Below, in pieces: positions 12,719 through 25,916 of a DNA stretch of 64,000 nt. Both the position numbers and the translations under genes were made by a program. Within the stretch, counting starts at the first letter, position 1. Every line of letters starts with the position of its first letter. The notes under the pieces are model-generated. The model ran no database searches. It was given only the letters and a program-made list of their open reading frames with translations, and had not been told where the DNA came from. Source of the stretch: Octopus vulgaris (lineage: Eukaryota); the NCBI GenBank assembly GCA_951406725.2, contig OX597828.1, positions 72,106,001 through 72,170,000 on the forward strand, in the 5' to 3' direction.

Positions 12719-13731
12719 GTAAAGTGATTTGTCGAGAGAATGCTGTTGTTCATAGCTCTGTCAACCCCCAGACTGCTGGTGCTGGTAACGAAGACAATCT
12801 TTTACCTGAAGACCACAAAGATCACACCGTGCCAACAATTAGTGGAGTTTATGGTTCCTTCCCCAACACCAATATTACCGTCAACATCACACTGAGTCCG
12901 CAGGCCTTGATGGGGCAGGGTCCCATCACAGTAACGGCTAACACTGCCTCGTCATCTCATGAAGGTGGCGGCGGCAGTGGCACGCACAGGTCATCTGGCG
13001 GCAACAATGCTGCAGTCAGTGGGAGCAATTCTTTGCCAAACGGGATTCGCTGTGCCACTTCATCTTCTGCTACAACCACTACCATTGATCTTAGTCAAGC
13101 CGGACCATCGACTTCAAGAAGCAGCACCATTGCTGAAGATAGAATCCATGCGTTGGCAATCGGTAGCTTTTCACATTCCAAATCTCATAGTGCCCGTACG
13201 TCTCAGCCAGGCGTGAAAGTTGTAGCTACAAACTGTAGTAGTAGTAGTAGTAATAGTACCAACTACGAGCACCCGAACCAACCTGCATTCCCCATTCATT
13301 TGGTTCCGAATAACGCTAGTTACGATGGCAGTGGTAGCAGCAAAAAGAGTCGTTTGGACATGACGGCCGTGTTGTCCGGACCGACTAACCTATCCAACTC
13401 CGGACAAGTTGAACACAATCAAAGTACAGAACGGTCACGCTTTAAGCGGATTCTTCCCAAACCAAGCAGCAATTACCTACGCAACCCTTCATCTGCTTCT
13501 CACCACGGCTTGGCAGCGAGTTCCACAACATCTTCTTCTTCCTCTTCCTCTTCCTTCAGACACAGTACTGGCAGCAATCAGAACCGGTTGGCCTCAGCAC
13601 CGTCGTCGCTCAGCACTTCGGCCTTGACCGCAACCTCTTCCACGCAAAACCGCTACGTGTCCATGCCTTCGAAAGACGGACATTCTTCTTCGGAAAACTC
13701 AGTCATTTTCATAAAGCAGGACCCGGATTGA
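12719..13731 (+). CDS. Terminal coding exon C of the same gene: Ser/Thr/Asn-rich low-complexity region, putative nuclear/transcriptional regulator
   Basis: Long polypyrimidine tract ending aaatgcag|GT. 1013 nt of open, GC-elevated frame to TGA at 13729-13731. G+GT=Gly joins exon B. Basic motif RFKRILPKP and C-terminal IKQDPD. Confidence 0.9.
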
Positions 13732-13906
13732 CTACAGAATGCAGATGTATCCTCCAGTGGCTGCTTCTCATCTCACAGTGCCACGACACTAATTTACCAT
13801 AGTGTCTACCTACAGCAGTCATTTTATCTCTCTATACTAGTCAGTTATTCTAGAGCACCACATTCTCTTTGCTGGTTGATTTTCTTTCTTCAAGTGGGGG
13901 ACATCA

Positions 13907-13907
<1 letters not shown>

Positions 13908-13962
<55 letters not shown>

Positions 13963-14035
13963 TATTATTATCATTATCATTACTACAATTACTACTATCT
14001 TAATTACTATCATTATCATTATTCATTATCGTTGC
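13908..14035. repeat. (TTA/TCA)n microsatellite in the proximal 3' UTR
   Basis: Directly visible; others at 14230, 14945, 16408 and 24822. Confidence 0.95.
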
Positions 14036-14227
14036 TATTGGTTTTCATTATTTTCTTATTCCAACAATATTTACAGAGTCTGGTTTCCCCAAATTCTTCA
14101 CAAGCTTCTCTAATATTCTCACAGTTTTTTTTTTTTCTTTTCTATTAAACGAAACGGAACATCGAAGCTTTTCAGTGAAGAACGGAAACTTTGTGAAAGA
14201 AATGTGTCTTAGTCACCTTTTTTATTA

Positions 14228-14263
<36 letters not shown>

Positions 14264-15542
14264 TATTTGAAATTTAATTTTTACACAATCTCTATGATTT
14301 TTACATTGTCTACATAAATACCCGAGCACTTCTAAGCTTTATCTTCCTCCAATCAGCAAAAAAAACCAACAACAAAAAAAAGTGCTCCACAATTTAATTA
14401 AATTTAAATATTTTTTTTTTTCGCAAAACGTTATGATAATAGCAACATGCCTTTTTTTTTTTTTTTCCAAAAGAAAAAACATCATTCCAAATTGTTTTTG
14501 TTTTTTTTTTTTTACTTTTTATATTCAAAAATCGAGGAACTTGTTCCAAATCTTGAGTAAATGCCAAAAATTGGGAACACTGACAATTCCATTGGTTTGT
14601 CTGTTCCGATTTTTTTTTTTTTTTTACCAAACAATGTGTACATAGACCAACAACATCTGCCTAGATATTAACACCTCGCCTACGTGTATCTCGGCACCTT
14701 TCTGTGTTCACCATATTCCTTAAAATTAACTCAATCTCATATAAACTCCGTTCTTCTTTTATTGTCTGTAACAATATTTTCTTTTTATTTTTGTTCTGGT
14801 CTTTTCCTGTTTTCGCCATCTTTTAAATAATTTTGTTCATATTTTTATTTAACTTAAATGTTTCTTTTCCTTTTTTTTCTTTTAAATTTTTGTTGTTGTT
14901 ATTGTTGATCAATTTTTAATATTTAAACAACATAGAATAATATATTATTATTATTATTATTATCATTACTATTACTATTATTACTATTATTATTATTATT
15001 AATATCGCAGACACATTCACTCCACTCGTAACTGTTATTCCCAGTGGAATCAGACTCCACTTTGAACCCAGTTCAACTAAAAACTAAATGCATGCCATTT
15101 TTAAGATGCATATATCTATATACATATATGTATATATAAATATGCATACACATTCGCACAAATATGTATGTATATTTCTATATATGTATATATATATATA
15201 TATATAATATGTATGTCTGTGAAAAACTCTAATGGCAACAGAACCAGTTGTGTAAGAAAGACGAGTCCTAGTTGTGAAAGAGGGCTTAGAATGGTTGTAA
15301 TTTATAATCCTTCCTCGTACCTTTATTTTTTTTTTCAATTCTTTATTCCTTGGTCCGTGCTATTCACTGACCACTTTTCTGACCACTGTCACATATCTCT
15401 AATCACCGAATAGTAATAATGATAACTACTATGTTTCTCTCACTGCGAACCCATCACTCACCGCAACCAGCAGCTTATACACGCGCACACACACACACAC
15501 ACACACACGTAAATATCTATACATACATATACATATGGATAC

Positions 15543-15580
<38 letters not shown>

Positions 15581-15602
15581 ATATACATACATATACATAT
15601 GG

Positions 15603-15641
<39 letters not shown>

Positions 15642-16455
15642 TACATATACATACTCGTACATATTTACACAAACACACATATATATGTATATACACATAC
15701 TCACACGTGTGTGCACGTGCGCATGTGTATATATATATATACACTCACATATATATACATATATATATATGATGGTTCTTGCTTTCATAACACTGATGCT
15801 GTTTTAAGGGAATTTTAACAACAACAACAATTAGCCTAAATTAACTAACGAGTGCCTTTTAAATTCACAACGTTGTTATTTCCAGTTGACATGTAGGACG
15901 AGTAGGTTTTCTTCTTCAGTCTCCTACATGTGTGACTCATCCGCCTACATGTGTCTTTTTTTTTGTCAATTTTTCTACTACGTTTGTAGAACTTTAAACT
16001 ACTTAAGTACACAATTTTTTTTTATATATATACATACATATATATATATATATCCTCCGTTGTGGATAGTTGTGAATATCAAATAGCTGTCGACTATTTC
16101 TCTAGCTACCTTTATCCCATTTATACATACATATATATATATATACATGTATATTGTATCTCTGGTTTTGAAAAAAAAGAAAAAGGAAGAAAAAGACACA
16201 CACACACACAAAATAAAAGATAAAAAAGAAAAACAACCAACTTTGCTACATTTACTTATATCTTTCTTCCTTCTTATTCTACGAAAACAAAGTAAAAAAA
16301 ATATATACCAACCAAACAAACAAAAAAAAAACAACAAAATTAGCAAACAAACAAAAACTTTTGTATTTACCATCAACTTCACAATTTTTATTCAAATTCA
16401 CTGCATTACTATTATTATCATTATCATTATTATTATTATCATTATCATTATTATT

Positions 16456-16496
<41 letters not shown>

Positions 16497-17027
16497 CTAC
16501 TCCCTCCTCACCAACTTCGCCTTTTGCTCTGCTATGGGGTTGTTTTCTTGTTTTTCTTTCAGGTCGGCAAACATCTTCTGCCTTCATTGAATCATAAAAC
16601 AATTTCTCTCTCTCTCTCTCAGCATCACATTTTGGTTGATGCTGCTCTCTCTCTCTCTCTCTCATTTTGTCTACCATTCTCTGGTTGTGATGTACCCCTC
16701 ACCCACCCATCAAAAATGAAACCACTGCATCTTCACTCAAATATCCTTTTTTTCCTTTTGTTATCATGGATTCCCATCTCCAAGTGATTTTCTATGCCAC
16801 TCCACTTAGAATATACTTGGATTGTCAGCCTTCGAGACAATAATAACCATTAATTTGCTCGTTTTCCCCACCTTGTTCTCTCTGCTGGTCTGCTTCACCA
16901 TTCCATGTCTTCTGTCTGTTTGGACCAGCAGTTTGTCTTACTAAACACTGCTACCAGTATATATCAACAGATATTAAAATGTTTAACAGGTGTAATTTCT
17001 CTTGATTATTATTATTATTATTATTTT

Positions 17028-17470
17028 AGGTGGCAAGCTGGCAGAGTCATTAGCACACCAGGTGAAATGCTTAGTGGTATTTTGTCAGTCGCTATGTTCT
17101 GAGTTCAAATTCTGCCGAGGTCGACTTTGCCTTTCATCCTTTCGGGGGTTGATAAATTAAGTACCAGTTGAACACTGGGGTCGATGTAATCGGCTCATCC
17201 CCTCCCGCCCCAAAATTGCTGCCCTTGTGGCAAAATTTGAAACCATTATCATTATTAAGGCGGCGGGCTGGCAGAACTGTTAGTACACCAGGCAAAATGC
17301 TTAACAGTATTTCGTTCTGAGTTCAAATTCCGCTGAGATCGACCTTTACCTTTCATCTTTTTGGGGTCGATAAATTAAGTACCAAAGAAATACTGGGGTG
17401 TCGATGTAATCAACTTGTCCCCCTCCCCTCAAATCTCAGGCATTGTGCCCATAGTAGAAAGGATTACTGT
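17028..17470 (+). mobile_element. Two tandem tRNA-derived SINEs with Nin-like central domain
   Basis: CTGGCAGA..TTAG A-box, GAGTTCAAATTC B-box, GACTTTGCCTTTCATCCTTTCGGGG.TGATAAATTAAGTACC, (TTA)n tails. Other copies at about 28260-28380(-), 39235-39430(-), 51040-51200(-), 54290-54480(+), 55735-55950(+). Confidence 0.8.
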
Positions 17471-18628
17471 ATTATAGACAGATCTTGTGTTGTTTTAACA
17501 ACCCAAGGAGTGAGTTATAACCAAGGATGAAAGGGGTCTTTTGTGATTCTTTCATCAGCTAAGGTTTTTAAGCCTCTTTTTTTTAGGGTCCTTGTAGTTT
17601 CTAGTCACATAGTTTCCTGTCAGAATTTATTATTTTATTTTTATTATATGGAAGTGTGTGTATGTGCCTGTGAGAGTTTCAGGTGAATGTTTTCACCACT
17701 CGTTAGAGAAGAGGTGTTTCTGTTTGTGGTTTGTTTGTGAAAAGTCAGGCTTTTACAAACCCTTCTTTTGCTAAATTACGTTTTGGAATTTTAATTTATT
17801 TGTTAGATTTCATAATTTGCCAAAAATGACTTCCATCTAGGGGTTTATTTAATGATAAAGCAAAGAGAGCTTTCAGTGAGATTTCAATGATATGATTGAA
17901 TGACATTGTCGAGTTGGTGTGAGAGGTCAGTTCTGGCCAATAAAATACCAAGTTAATAATTTATTTTTTAAACTGTTGACCTTTATTTTGGCAGAAGAGA
18001 AATTTTCTTCTTAAATCTCAACTTTTTTGTTTTTTCTAAATGTTTAGACCAGTTGAAATGACAGAATATTCTACAGAATTGGTTAGGATTGCTTCTTGTA
18101 GAGTTTCTGAGAGTTGTTAGCTGTTTATACCAGCATCTCTATGTTAAAAGTGGGCCCTGGACTCTTATATAATATATATATATATATATCCCTCTCTCTC
18201 TTTCGGAGAGGCACTGAGCAGCTATACGCACACATACACACACGGCAGTAACTTCCACCTACGGAATTCAATCACAAAGCTTCGGTTGGCTTGGGGCTAT
18301 AGTGGAAGACACCTACCCAAAGTGCCACGCAGTGGGACTGAACCCGAAACCATGCAGCTAGGAAGGAAGATATATATATATATCTGGTGGTGGGGGTACT
18401 GGGGTGAGGGATTTATTCATTGCAGATTGAGTTAGTAGAGAAGACAACAGTCAGAATCAACTTGTTTAATTACACTGAAATAAATCTCGTTAATTAATTA
18501 GTAGTCAATTTGCTTAAGTGTAGTGTTTTCAATTACCTGGCTAAAGATTTAGGTAATTGACACAAGATTGAGTATTTCACTTTAATAAATTAATCCAATC
18601 ATTTTCACTTTTCAATGTCTGTTGAGAT

Positions 18629-18715
18629 CTTGGACCTGTTTGTGGAACATTCTGGTCCAGAACGTAGACTTGGACCTGTTTGTGGAACATTCTGGTCCAG
18701 AACGTAGACTTGGAC
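18629..18715. repeat. Perfect 40-bp tandem duplication (2.2 copies)
   Basis: CTTGGACCTGTTTGTGGAACATTCTGGTCCAGAACGTAGA x2 + CTTGGAC. Confidence 0.97.
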
Positions 18716-19149
18716 AAAGATTTTGTTTTCTTTCTTTTTTTTTGTTTTAATGGTAGTCTCATTAATTGTCAGATATTCAAGTCTGCCCTCTATATAAATA
18801 ATATTGCCCAAGAGAAAGTTGAGAGCATCGTTGCACGCTTTGCTTATAGAATTCCGAGAACCAAAACAGATGCCAAAGGGCATCTCACCTGATGCTCTGG
18901 TAATTATACCAATCCTTTGCACTGGATTTATTCACCCCAGAAAGGAATAAAAACATAAGTGACCTTTGCTGGAATTGAACTCAGTGTGCAGGGAACTAGA
19001 ACAAATACCTGCCAGCTGCTGGCTCAAGTGTGAGCCTTGTTCAGACTGGGTCACTCACCCAAAGTACACAATGAAGGTGGTTAGCCTCTTAGAAATAGCA
19101 GCTAAATCTCCCTCTAATCACTACTTACCATCTTCACCTCCTTATTATC

Positions 19150-19497
19150 ATATTTCTATTAGAATACATTGTCTTTGATTTAATTAATTTCAGAAAGAGT
19201 GAAGAATTTTGTAAAATAACTTTGTTGTTAAGCTGGTGTTTGGAACATCAATTAACATGGAATTTTAATTGAAGCTTTTAATTCAGATCACTTTAAGCCT
19301 TTTGTTACCATATTCCTGTTGGAATACACTGCCTTTGTTCCAGTCAGTTTTGGAATGAAGAATTTAGTAAAATAACATCCTTGTTAAGCTGGCGTTTAGA
19401 ATATTAACCAACACGAAATTCTAATAGAAGGCTTTAGTTTAAAACAAGGAGTTTATATCACAGATCCAGGGACAGTGGTGGGTATAAGAAGGGTTAA
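19150..19497. mobile_element. piggyBac-like MITE (partial plus full copy)
   Basis: TTAA-(G)CCTTTTGTTACC ... AAGGG-TTAA. Homologous to 32200-32593. Confidence 0.6.
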
Positions 19498-20987
19498 ACT
19501 TACCTAATTACATTTAATTTATCCTCTTTATATATATTTCTTCTTTTGCCTTGATAAAATGTGATCAACAGGGATTATGTGTAAAAGACAATTTCTCTCC
19601 AGAGTTCATTTAATAGAAGGTAGAGCTTGTGAATGGCATTTGCCCCCTTTTTTTTTATAAAATTACTCTTTAGTTCCTCAATAACCCTTCACCATTCAGA
19701 TTATTCTGTCAAATGGTAATGCTTATTTATTCCACATTGCTTTGAATTGATCTTGCATTATCTCATAGCTTTAAGATTTTGATGATGTGATTGTCTATTT
19801 TTAGAATAACATTGTAGGGTAAGTGTAAGAGGCCAGATATGGTTAGTTTACATGGTAAAGAGTTAAATTGTCAAAACCCATTTCTGCAACATTAATTAAT
19901 ATCAGAAATAATTACTTAATTGTTCTTATTTTATATTTTAAATCTAATTAGCAAAAAAAGTTTTTATGCCTTGTTTGCACTCTTCTCTGTTTCGAGGTCT
20001 TCTCTCTATTTTGCTCTTGAGTGATTGTCTGTCTGTCTGTCTCTAGGCAGGGGAAAGTTGGTGGATCTTATGATGGTTTGGAAAGTGGGTAGTTCAGTTA
20101 TCATGTCTTTTATACATAATTGTAAAATATCTGACCAGGATTCTGTAAGATTCTCATGTAGAATTCTTCTAGAATGGTGAATAATATACACAAGTGCATG
20201 TATATATATATATATATATATATAGTTGTATGTATGTTGTATATTTAAAGATGGGGTGCTTTTATGCAAATTACAATGGGTTTCATTTCACTCTATGGCA
20301 TAAATGCCTTGTCTTTGGGTGGGGTGAATGTAGGTAGCAATGTGAAATGGAATGGAAACCATTTCTCAGCTTGTCTCATTGAGAGAATTTTTACTTAATA
20401 CCAAACACCAAAAATTTGGTTTCATTTGTGTGTAGTATCTATCTATCTATCTACCTACCTATCTATCTACCTACCTATCTATCTATCTACCTACCTACCT
20501 ATCTATCTATCTATCTATCTACCTACCTACTTATCTACCTATCTATCTATCAAACCTCCACACTTTGTATATAGATTTGTACATATGTGTGTATATATAC
20601 ATATACATATATATATATATCTCCATTTGTATACATACACCCACATACATGTATTTATACTTTCTACAAACATTCCTTATATTTCCAATGTTTTTGTTAC
20701 ATGAAACAATTTTAATTCTCAACTTGGAACTATCTTAAAGACAATCTTTCCAAGAATAGATTGCTGAATTCTGTAAGAAAATAAAAATAGTCGCTCTGCA
20801 CACGCACGCGCGGATGTGTGCGTGTAAAGAATTGTGTGTTTACTTTATTTACCTAATTAACAGGAAGAAAATAAATGAGAAAATTCTATGGGTAAAATTT
20901 TTTATCAAGTCAGGATGGTTGTTAAAATTGCAAACATTGGGCCTTTGAACCTATTATGGTATGTGTGTATGTATGTATGTATATATA

Positions 20988-21051
<64 letters not shown>

Positions 21052-21054
<3 letters not shown>

Positions 21055-21262
21055 GGTGTTCAAAAAGTCTCTCCACAGTAAGTATTTAATAGAATTCGGG
21101 TGATTCTTGTACCCTGATCCTTTACTTGCTCCACAGAAAAAAAAAGTCTGGTGGTGTTAAATCAGGTGATCTCGGTGACCAAAGTCCCTTCGAAATAACC
21201 TGTTCACATGGTGATATGCAGGATGAAAAAAATCACTGCTGAGAAACTTTTTGAACACCCTG
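21052..21262 (-). mobile_element. Internally deleted Tc1/mariner-superfamily element (MITE-like)
   Basis: TIRs CAGGGTGTTCAAAAAGT / ACTTTTTGAACACCCTG within (TA)n. Interior retains WSPRSPDLTP..DFFLW..KDQ transposase motif on the minus strand. Confidence 0.85.
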
Positions 21263-21305
21263 TATATATATATATATATATACATACACACACACATACA
21301 CACTT

Positions 21306-21444
21306 TATTTGTGGATTAACAAGGCAACCAATGGTTTCACGTGAAGAGATCTTCACAATTGTTTAAGCATGCCACATGGAAGTGTTGGTATTCCTTTCCG
21401 TTTTGGCTGGGAATACCATTGATAGCCCTGTTAATCCACAAATA
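21306..21444. repeat. Fold-back (hairpin) element
   Basis: TATTTGTGGATTAACA / TGTTAATCCACAAATA perfect 16-bp inverted repeat extending imperfectly inward. Internal hairpins GTGAAGAgaTCTTCAC and TGGTATTCC..GGAATACCA. Confidence 0.75.
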
Positions 21445-23756
21445 CAGAATATTTAATCCACCAATTTCAGTGTTAAGCACTCATTCTCGGTATTGAATAT
21501 TAGCATATATTCACACATACGTATGTATGTATCTACTAGGATTTATCAAATGCCATTATGTGTCTGCCCATATTCTCTACATGGACTACAATTATTCCAA
21601 TTATTGTTGTTAATAATATTGTACATACTTGAAACTGAGCCGGGTTGTTATTACAAATCCTGACTCAAATTTGAACACATTCTAAAAAAAAATTTGTTTT
21701 TTGTAAATCTTTTTTTTTCTGCTCTTATGCCACAATGGTTTGGTATGGTATGTCTTTGAAGCAACCAGTTCCTCATAACACTGGCAGGTCTTACTGGAAA
21801 AAAAAAAAGTGCCAACTTTATTTTCTCATCACATCTCAAAGAACTTTGGTCTTCAATGTCTCACCCCACTCCCCATTTTTTTGCGATAAATTTTTATTCT
21901 TTTTCTCTTCTTTTTCCTCCACCTCTGCAAAAGTAAATCTGATTCTTTACTTCTCATAATCTCACTCGTTTCCTACCTTCTCTGTCTCTTCGATTCTCTT
22001 ATAGTGATCCTCTACTCCAATTCCTCCACGTCTTTAGATATATGGTTCACAGGTTCTCATAGAATTTCTAGCTACCGTTCTGTAGCAGAAGATATCAACT
22101 TTGTTCTTCTGCTTTCAATATTTACCAACAAAAACTGTTTTAAATATAAAAGGAATTTTTTTTTTCTGTTTTCTTTTTGAGAATATTTACAATTTTCTCT
22201 CACTAACCTAAGAATTTAATTTGCCATTAGTGCATTTACTCACAGGAACCTGGTTCTATATTTAGTTGATGTTATTCAAGAACTGGTTCCTGTGTAGTGG
22301 TCGTTGCTGATCACGTGACACTGGTTACTTCCTCCATCAATTGTCACTGCTACGGTTGTGCTTAAACACAAAAAAAAAAAAAAAATGAACAACTTTCAGT
22401 TTAAATAATAGTTTGTTGTTTCTGGAAAAAAAACACTGAATATTTTCCAAATTACGTGGTTATGTTAATATTAAAAGAAAAAAGAAAATTATATATATGT
22501 ATAGTATATATATATATACGTGCCTTATTTTTTTAACAATAACCCCCACCCCTTTCCTTCCTATTCTTCTCATCATCTTGGGAATACAAAGTAAATGTTG
22601 AAACATTTCTTTCTTCAACTTCCCCAATCTTTGACTCTTATTTAAAATCACAGTTTGGAAACTTTTAAAAATCCTCAAGGACTTGAAAAAAAAAAAACCT
22701 GTTGAATAATTCTTCCTCATCTTTGATTAAACCTTCTCTCTTTGTCTCTCTCCCTCTATTATCATTTCTTTTCTTTGTTTGGCAGTTTGGATAACTCTTT
22801 CTCTTTCACCAAACATTTCTCTCCTCTTTCACAGCCTCCTTCCTGGCTCATACTTTCTTCTGTAATTTTAATGTGTTTACTTACCTAGATTTTGAACTCA
22901 CTACCTTTTAGTTTATATAACTGCTGTACTATCAACTCTTCTTGTACAAACACTCTATTTCCTTGCATTTTTTTTTTGCGTTCTTAATTTTGTTTTCTTT
23001 TTTTCTTCCTCTTTTTGAAATTCCCAAAATTTTTGATTTCCTACTGAAATTTTAAAACCAGTGAAAAAAAACTTTGAAATTCTTTAAATGAAAAAAAAAA
23101 AAAAAAACCACATTTGACAGAAAGACAAAATTCTGCTAAAAACTGGACCCATTTTCCCCCTAAGTTTTTTACTTTTATTTTTTCCCTTTTTCCATCCCCA
23201 CCCTTCATACATTTGCATCATCATCTTTTATGCTAGTAAGAATGAGAAAACATCATCAAATATGTGTTGTTCTCCCCCCCCCCCCCACTTTTTTTATTTA
23301 TTTATCAAACATGGCAAGTGTGATGTTTATATTAATATACTTTTGCAATTTTCATGTCTACACGTCTCCGCCAAACGGTGAAGACCATTTTTTCGAGAGC
23401 CATTCCTAGTCTTTAAGACTAATTGCTTTTAACACTTAATTTATTGTAAACAGGGACTTCTATTTTTCTCTTTATTAAGGGGTCACTTTACCTTTCAACC
23501 CTTCCCAGGGTTGGTAAAAACAAAGTACCAGTCATATACTGGAGTCAAGAATGTTTGACTACCCTCCTACCCTCAAATTTACTGGCCTTGTATCTAAATC
23601 AGAAACAATTATTATTAATATTATTATTATTATTATTTTGGTAGGCGAGTGTATAATAATTTGTTGCCTTGTTTAATCCAAAGAATTTATTTGGTAAGTT
23701 ATTACCAAACAGTGATTTTTTTTAAAGTACTCTAGTGATTCTTCCCCTCTTGAAAC

Positions 23757-23797
<41 letters not shown>

Positions 23798-23949
23798 GCC
23801 CTGTCTTCTTATCCCAGAGCATTGTGAGTTTGAATTCAGAAAGACAATCTGTTAGTCACCATTTTACAATCTTTCATTTTATGTATTTATCATTGTTCTC
23901 TTAGCAAAACATTTAATTGCTTTATTTCTTTCATTTTTTTAAAAGGTAT

Positions 23950-24708
23950 TATTATTATTTTTATTATTATTATTATTATTATAATAAAGGTGGTGGCCCT
24001 GGCAGAATTGTTAGCGAAATGCTTAGTGACATTCCATCTGTCTTTACATTCTAAATTCAAATTCTGCCAAGGTCTCGTCTTGGGGGGTCAATAAATTAAG
24101 TACCAGTTGCATACTGGTGTCGATCTAATCAACCGGTCCCCTCCTCCAAAATTTCAGGCCTTGTGCCTATAGTAGAAAGGATTATTGTTGTTATTTATTA
24201 TTATTATTAAGAGAATGAGCTGGCAGAATCGTTTGCATTCTGGACCAAATGCTTAGCAGCTCATCTTTACATTCTGAGTTCAAATCCCGCTGAGGTCAAC
24301 TTTCATTGTTTTAAGGTGAATGTGACTGACGATCCCCAACTCACCCAAAAATTGCTGGCCCTGTGCCAAAATTAGAACAAATTATTATTATTATTATTAT
24401 TATTAATTATGGGTTGTGATTTGTTAGAATTGTTGGAGCATTGGACAAAATATTTTTTGGTATTTATTCCAGTTCTGTCTGTTCTGATTAAAGGCAGTGA
24501 GCTGGCAGAACTGTTGGCACATTGGAGGAAATACCTTGTAGTATTTCTTCCAACCCCCTTAATGTTTTGAATTCATCCCACTGGGGTCCACTTTGCCTTT
24601 CATCCTTTCTGGGTCGACAAAATTAAGTATAAGTTTGGGGTGGGGGTTAATGTAATGAACTAAACCCCACTCTCTATAATTGCTGGCCCTGTGCCAAAAT
24701 TAGAAAGC

Positions 24709-24742
<34 letters not shown>

Positions 24743-24790
24743 CCAGATTTTCAGGCCTTGTGCCTATAGAAGAAACTATTATGAGTATGG
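23950..24790 (+). mobile_element. Head-to-tail chain of Nin-like SINE copies separated by (TTA)n
   Basis: Heads near 23990, 24215, 24420 and 24495; tails GGCC(T/C)TGTGCC..AGAAA followed by (TTA)n. Confidence 0.75.
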
Positions 24791-24820
24791 AACTTTATCT
24801 ATAGAAATATAACAGAAGCT

Positions 24821-24871
<51 letters not shown>

Positions 24872-25872
24872 GTGGTGATGATGATGTTTGTGGTAAAATA
24901 AAAACGGACATCATTAATGTTAATTTCTCTAGACTGTATTTTCTTTATGACAATATGGTTCATTAACTAATTAGTTTTGTTAACTAGTCTACATTTAGTA
25001 ACTTACATTTAGTAACGTTTATCCAGGTTTTCAATCAAATGTTATATTTTAACAGCTCACCCCTCCCACCCTCCTTTCTATCGATATTTAACAGTTGTAA
25101 TTATATCAAGTGATTGGGACATCATTAAAAAAATTCCTCAATATCAGAGGTCTTTTGTTGTCCTTTTCTTGTGAGGATTTGAGCTCCGGCGCCTTCCACT
25201 CATAGCTGCGAACTGTCCCCACTGAAGTTCATATTCAGTATAACTCTGGTAACAAGGGTCAAGCCTTCAAACTGGTGGTCCCTGTCGACTTGGGTTGCCT
25301 AACATTTTACCCTTTTAGAAGTGTAACACAATTGGTAATAATTACTAATGGAACCAGCCATTTTGTTCTTTCTCTGTCTGTGATTCTAATGACATCAAGG
25401 GAACCATTCCTCTGCAGTCTGAGTGATATCTCTTACAAAATGCCATAAAAATTCAATGATTTCTTTTTAAACATTGTGAGTTTTATATCTACTTAAAACC
25501 CCATTTGTTAGCCCCTCCCCCTCTACCTTCTCTCAACCAGTAGTTTGCTATTAACTTCCAAACCACAATGTTTGTGAATGTGTGTGTATATATATATATA
25601 TATATATACATACATGTCTGTATAAATATCTAAGTCTATATATATATATTTAAATATATATATATGTCTATATATAGATGTATATATATATAAATATAAA
25701 TATATATATATATATGTCTATATATACATGTGTGTATATATATATATATTATATATGCATGTATATGTATTTATACACACAATTATATTAAGTGTAAAAA
25801 ATTTTTGTTTTTACAAAGAGAATGTTAATGTTGATTTTGAAGGTTTGGCTCGTTAGCTCACAACTAATTTAC

Positions 25873-25916
25873 ATAGTCTGATGACGGCTAGAGAGCCAAA
25901 ACTTCAAAGTCACTGT
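25873..25916 (+). ncRNA. Minimal type-I hammerhead ribozyme-like motif (G12A)
   Basis: ATAGT-CTGATGA-C-GGCT agag AGCC-AAAA-CTTcaAAG-TC-ACTGT. All three stems pair; GUC cleavage triplet. Confidence 0.6.
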
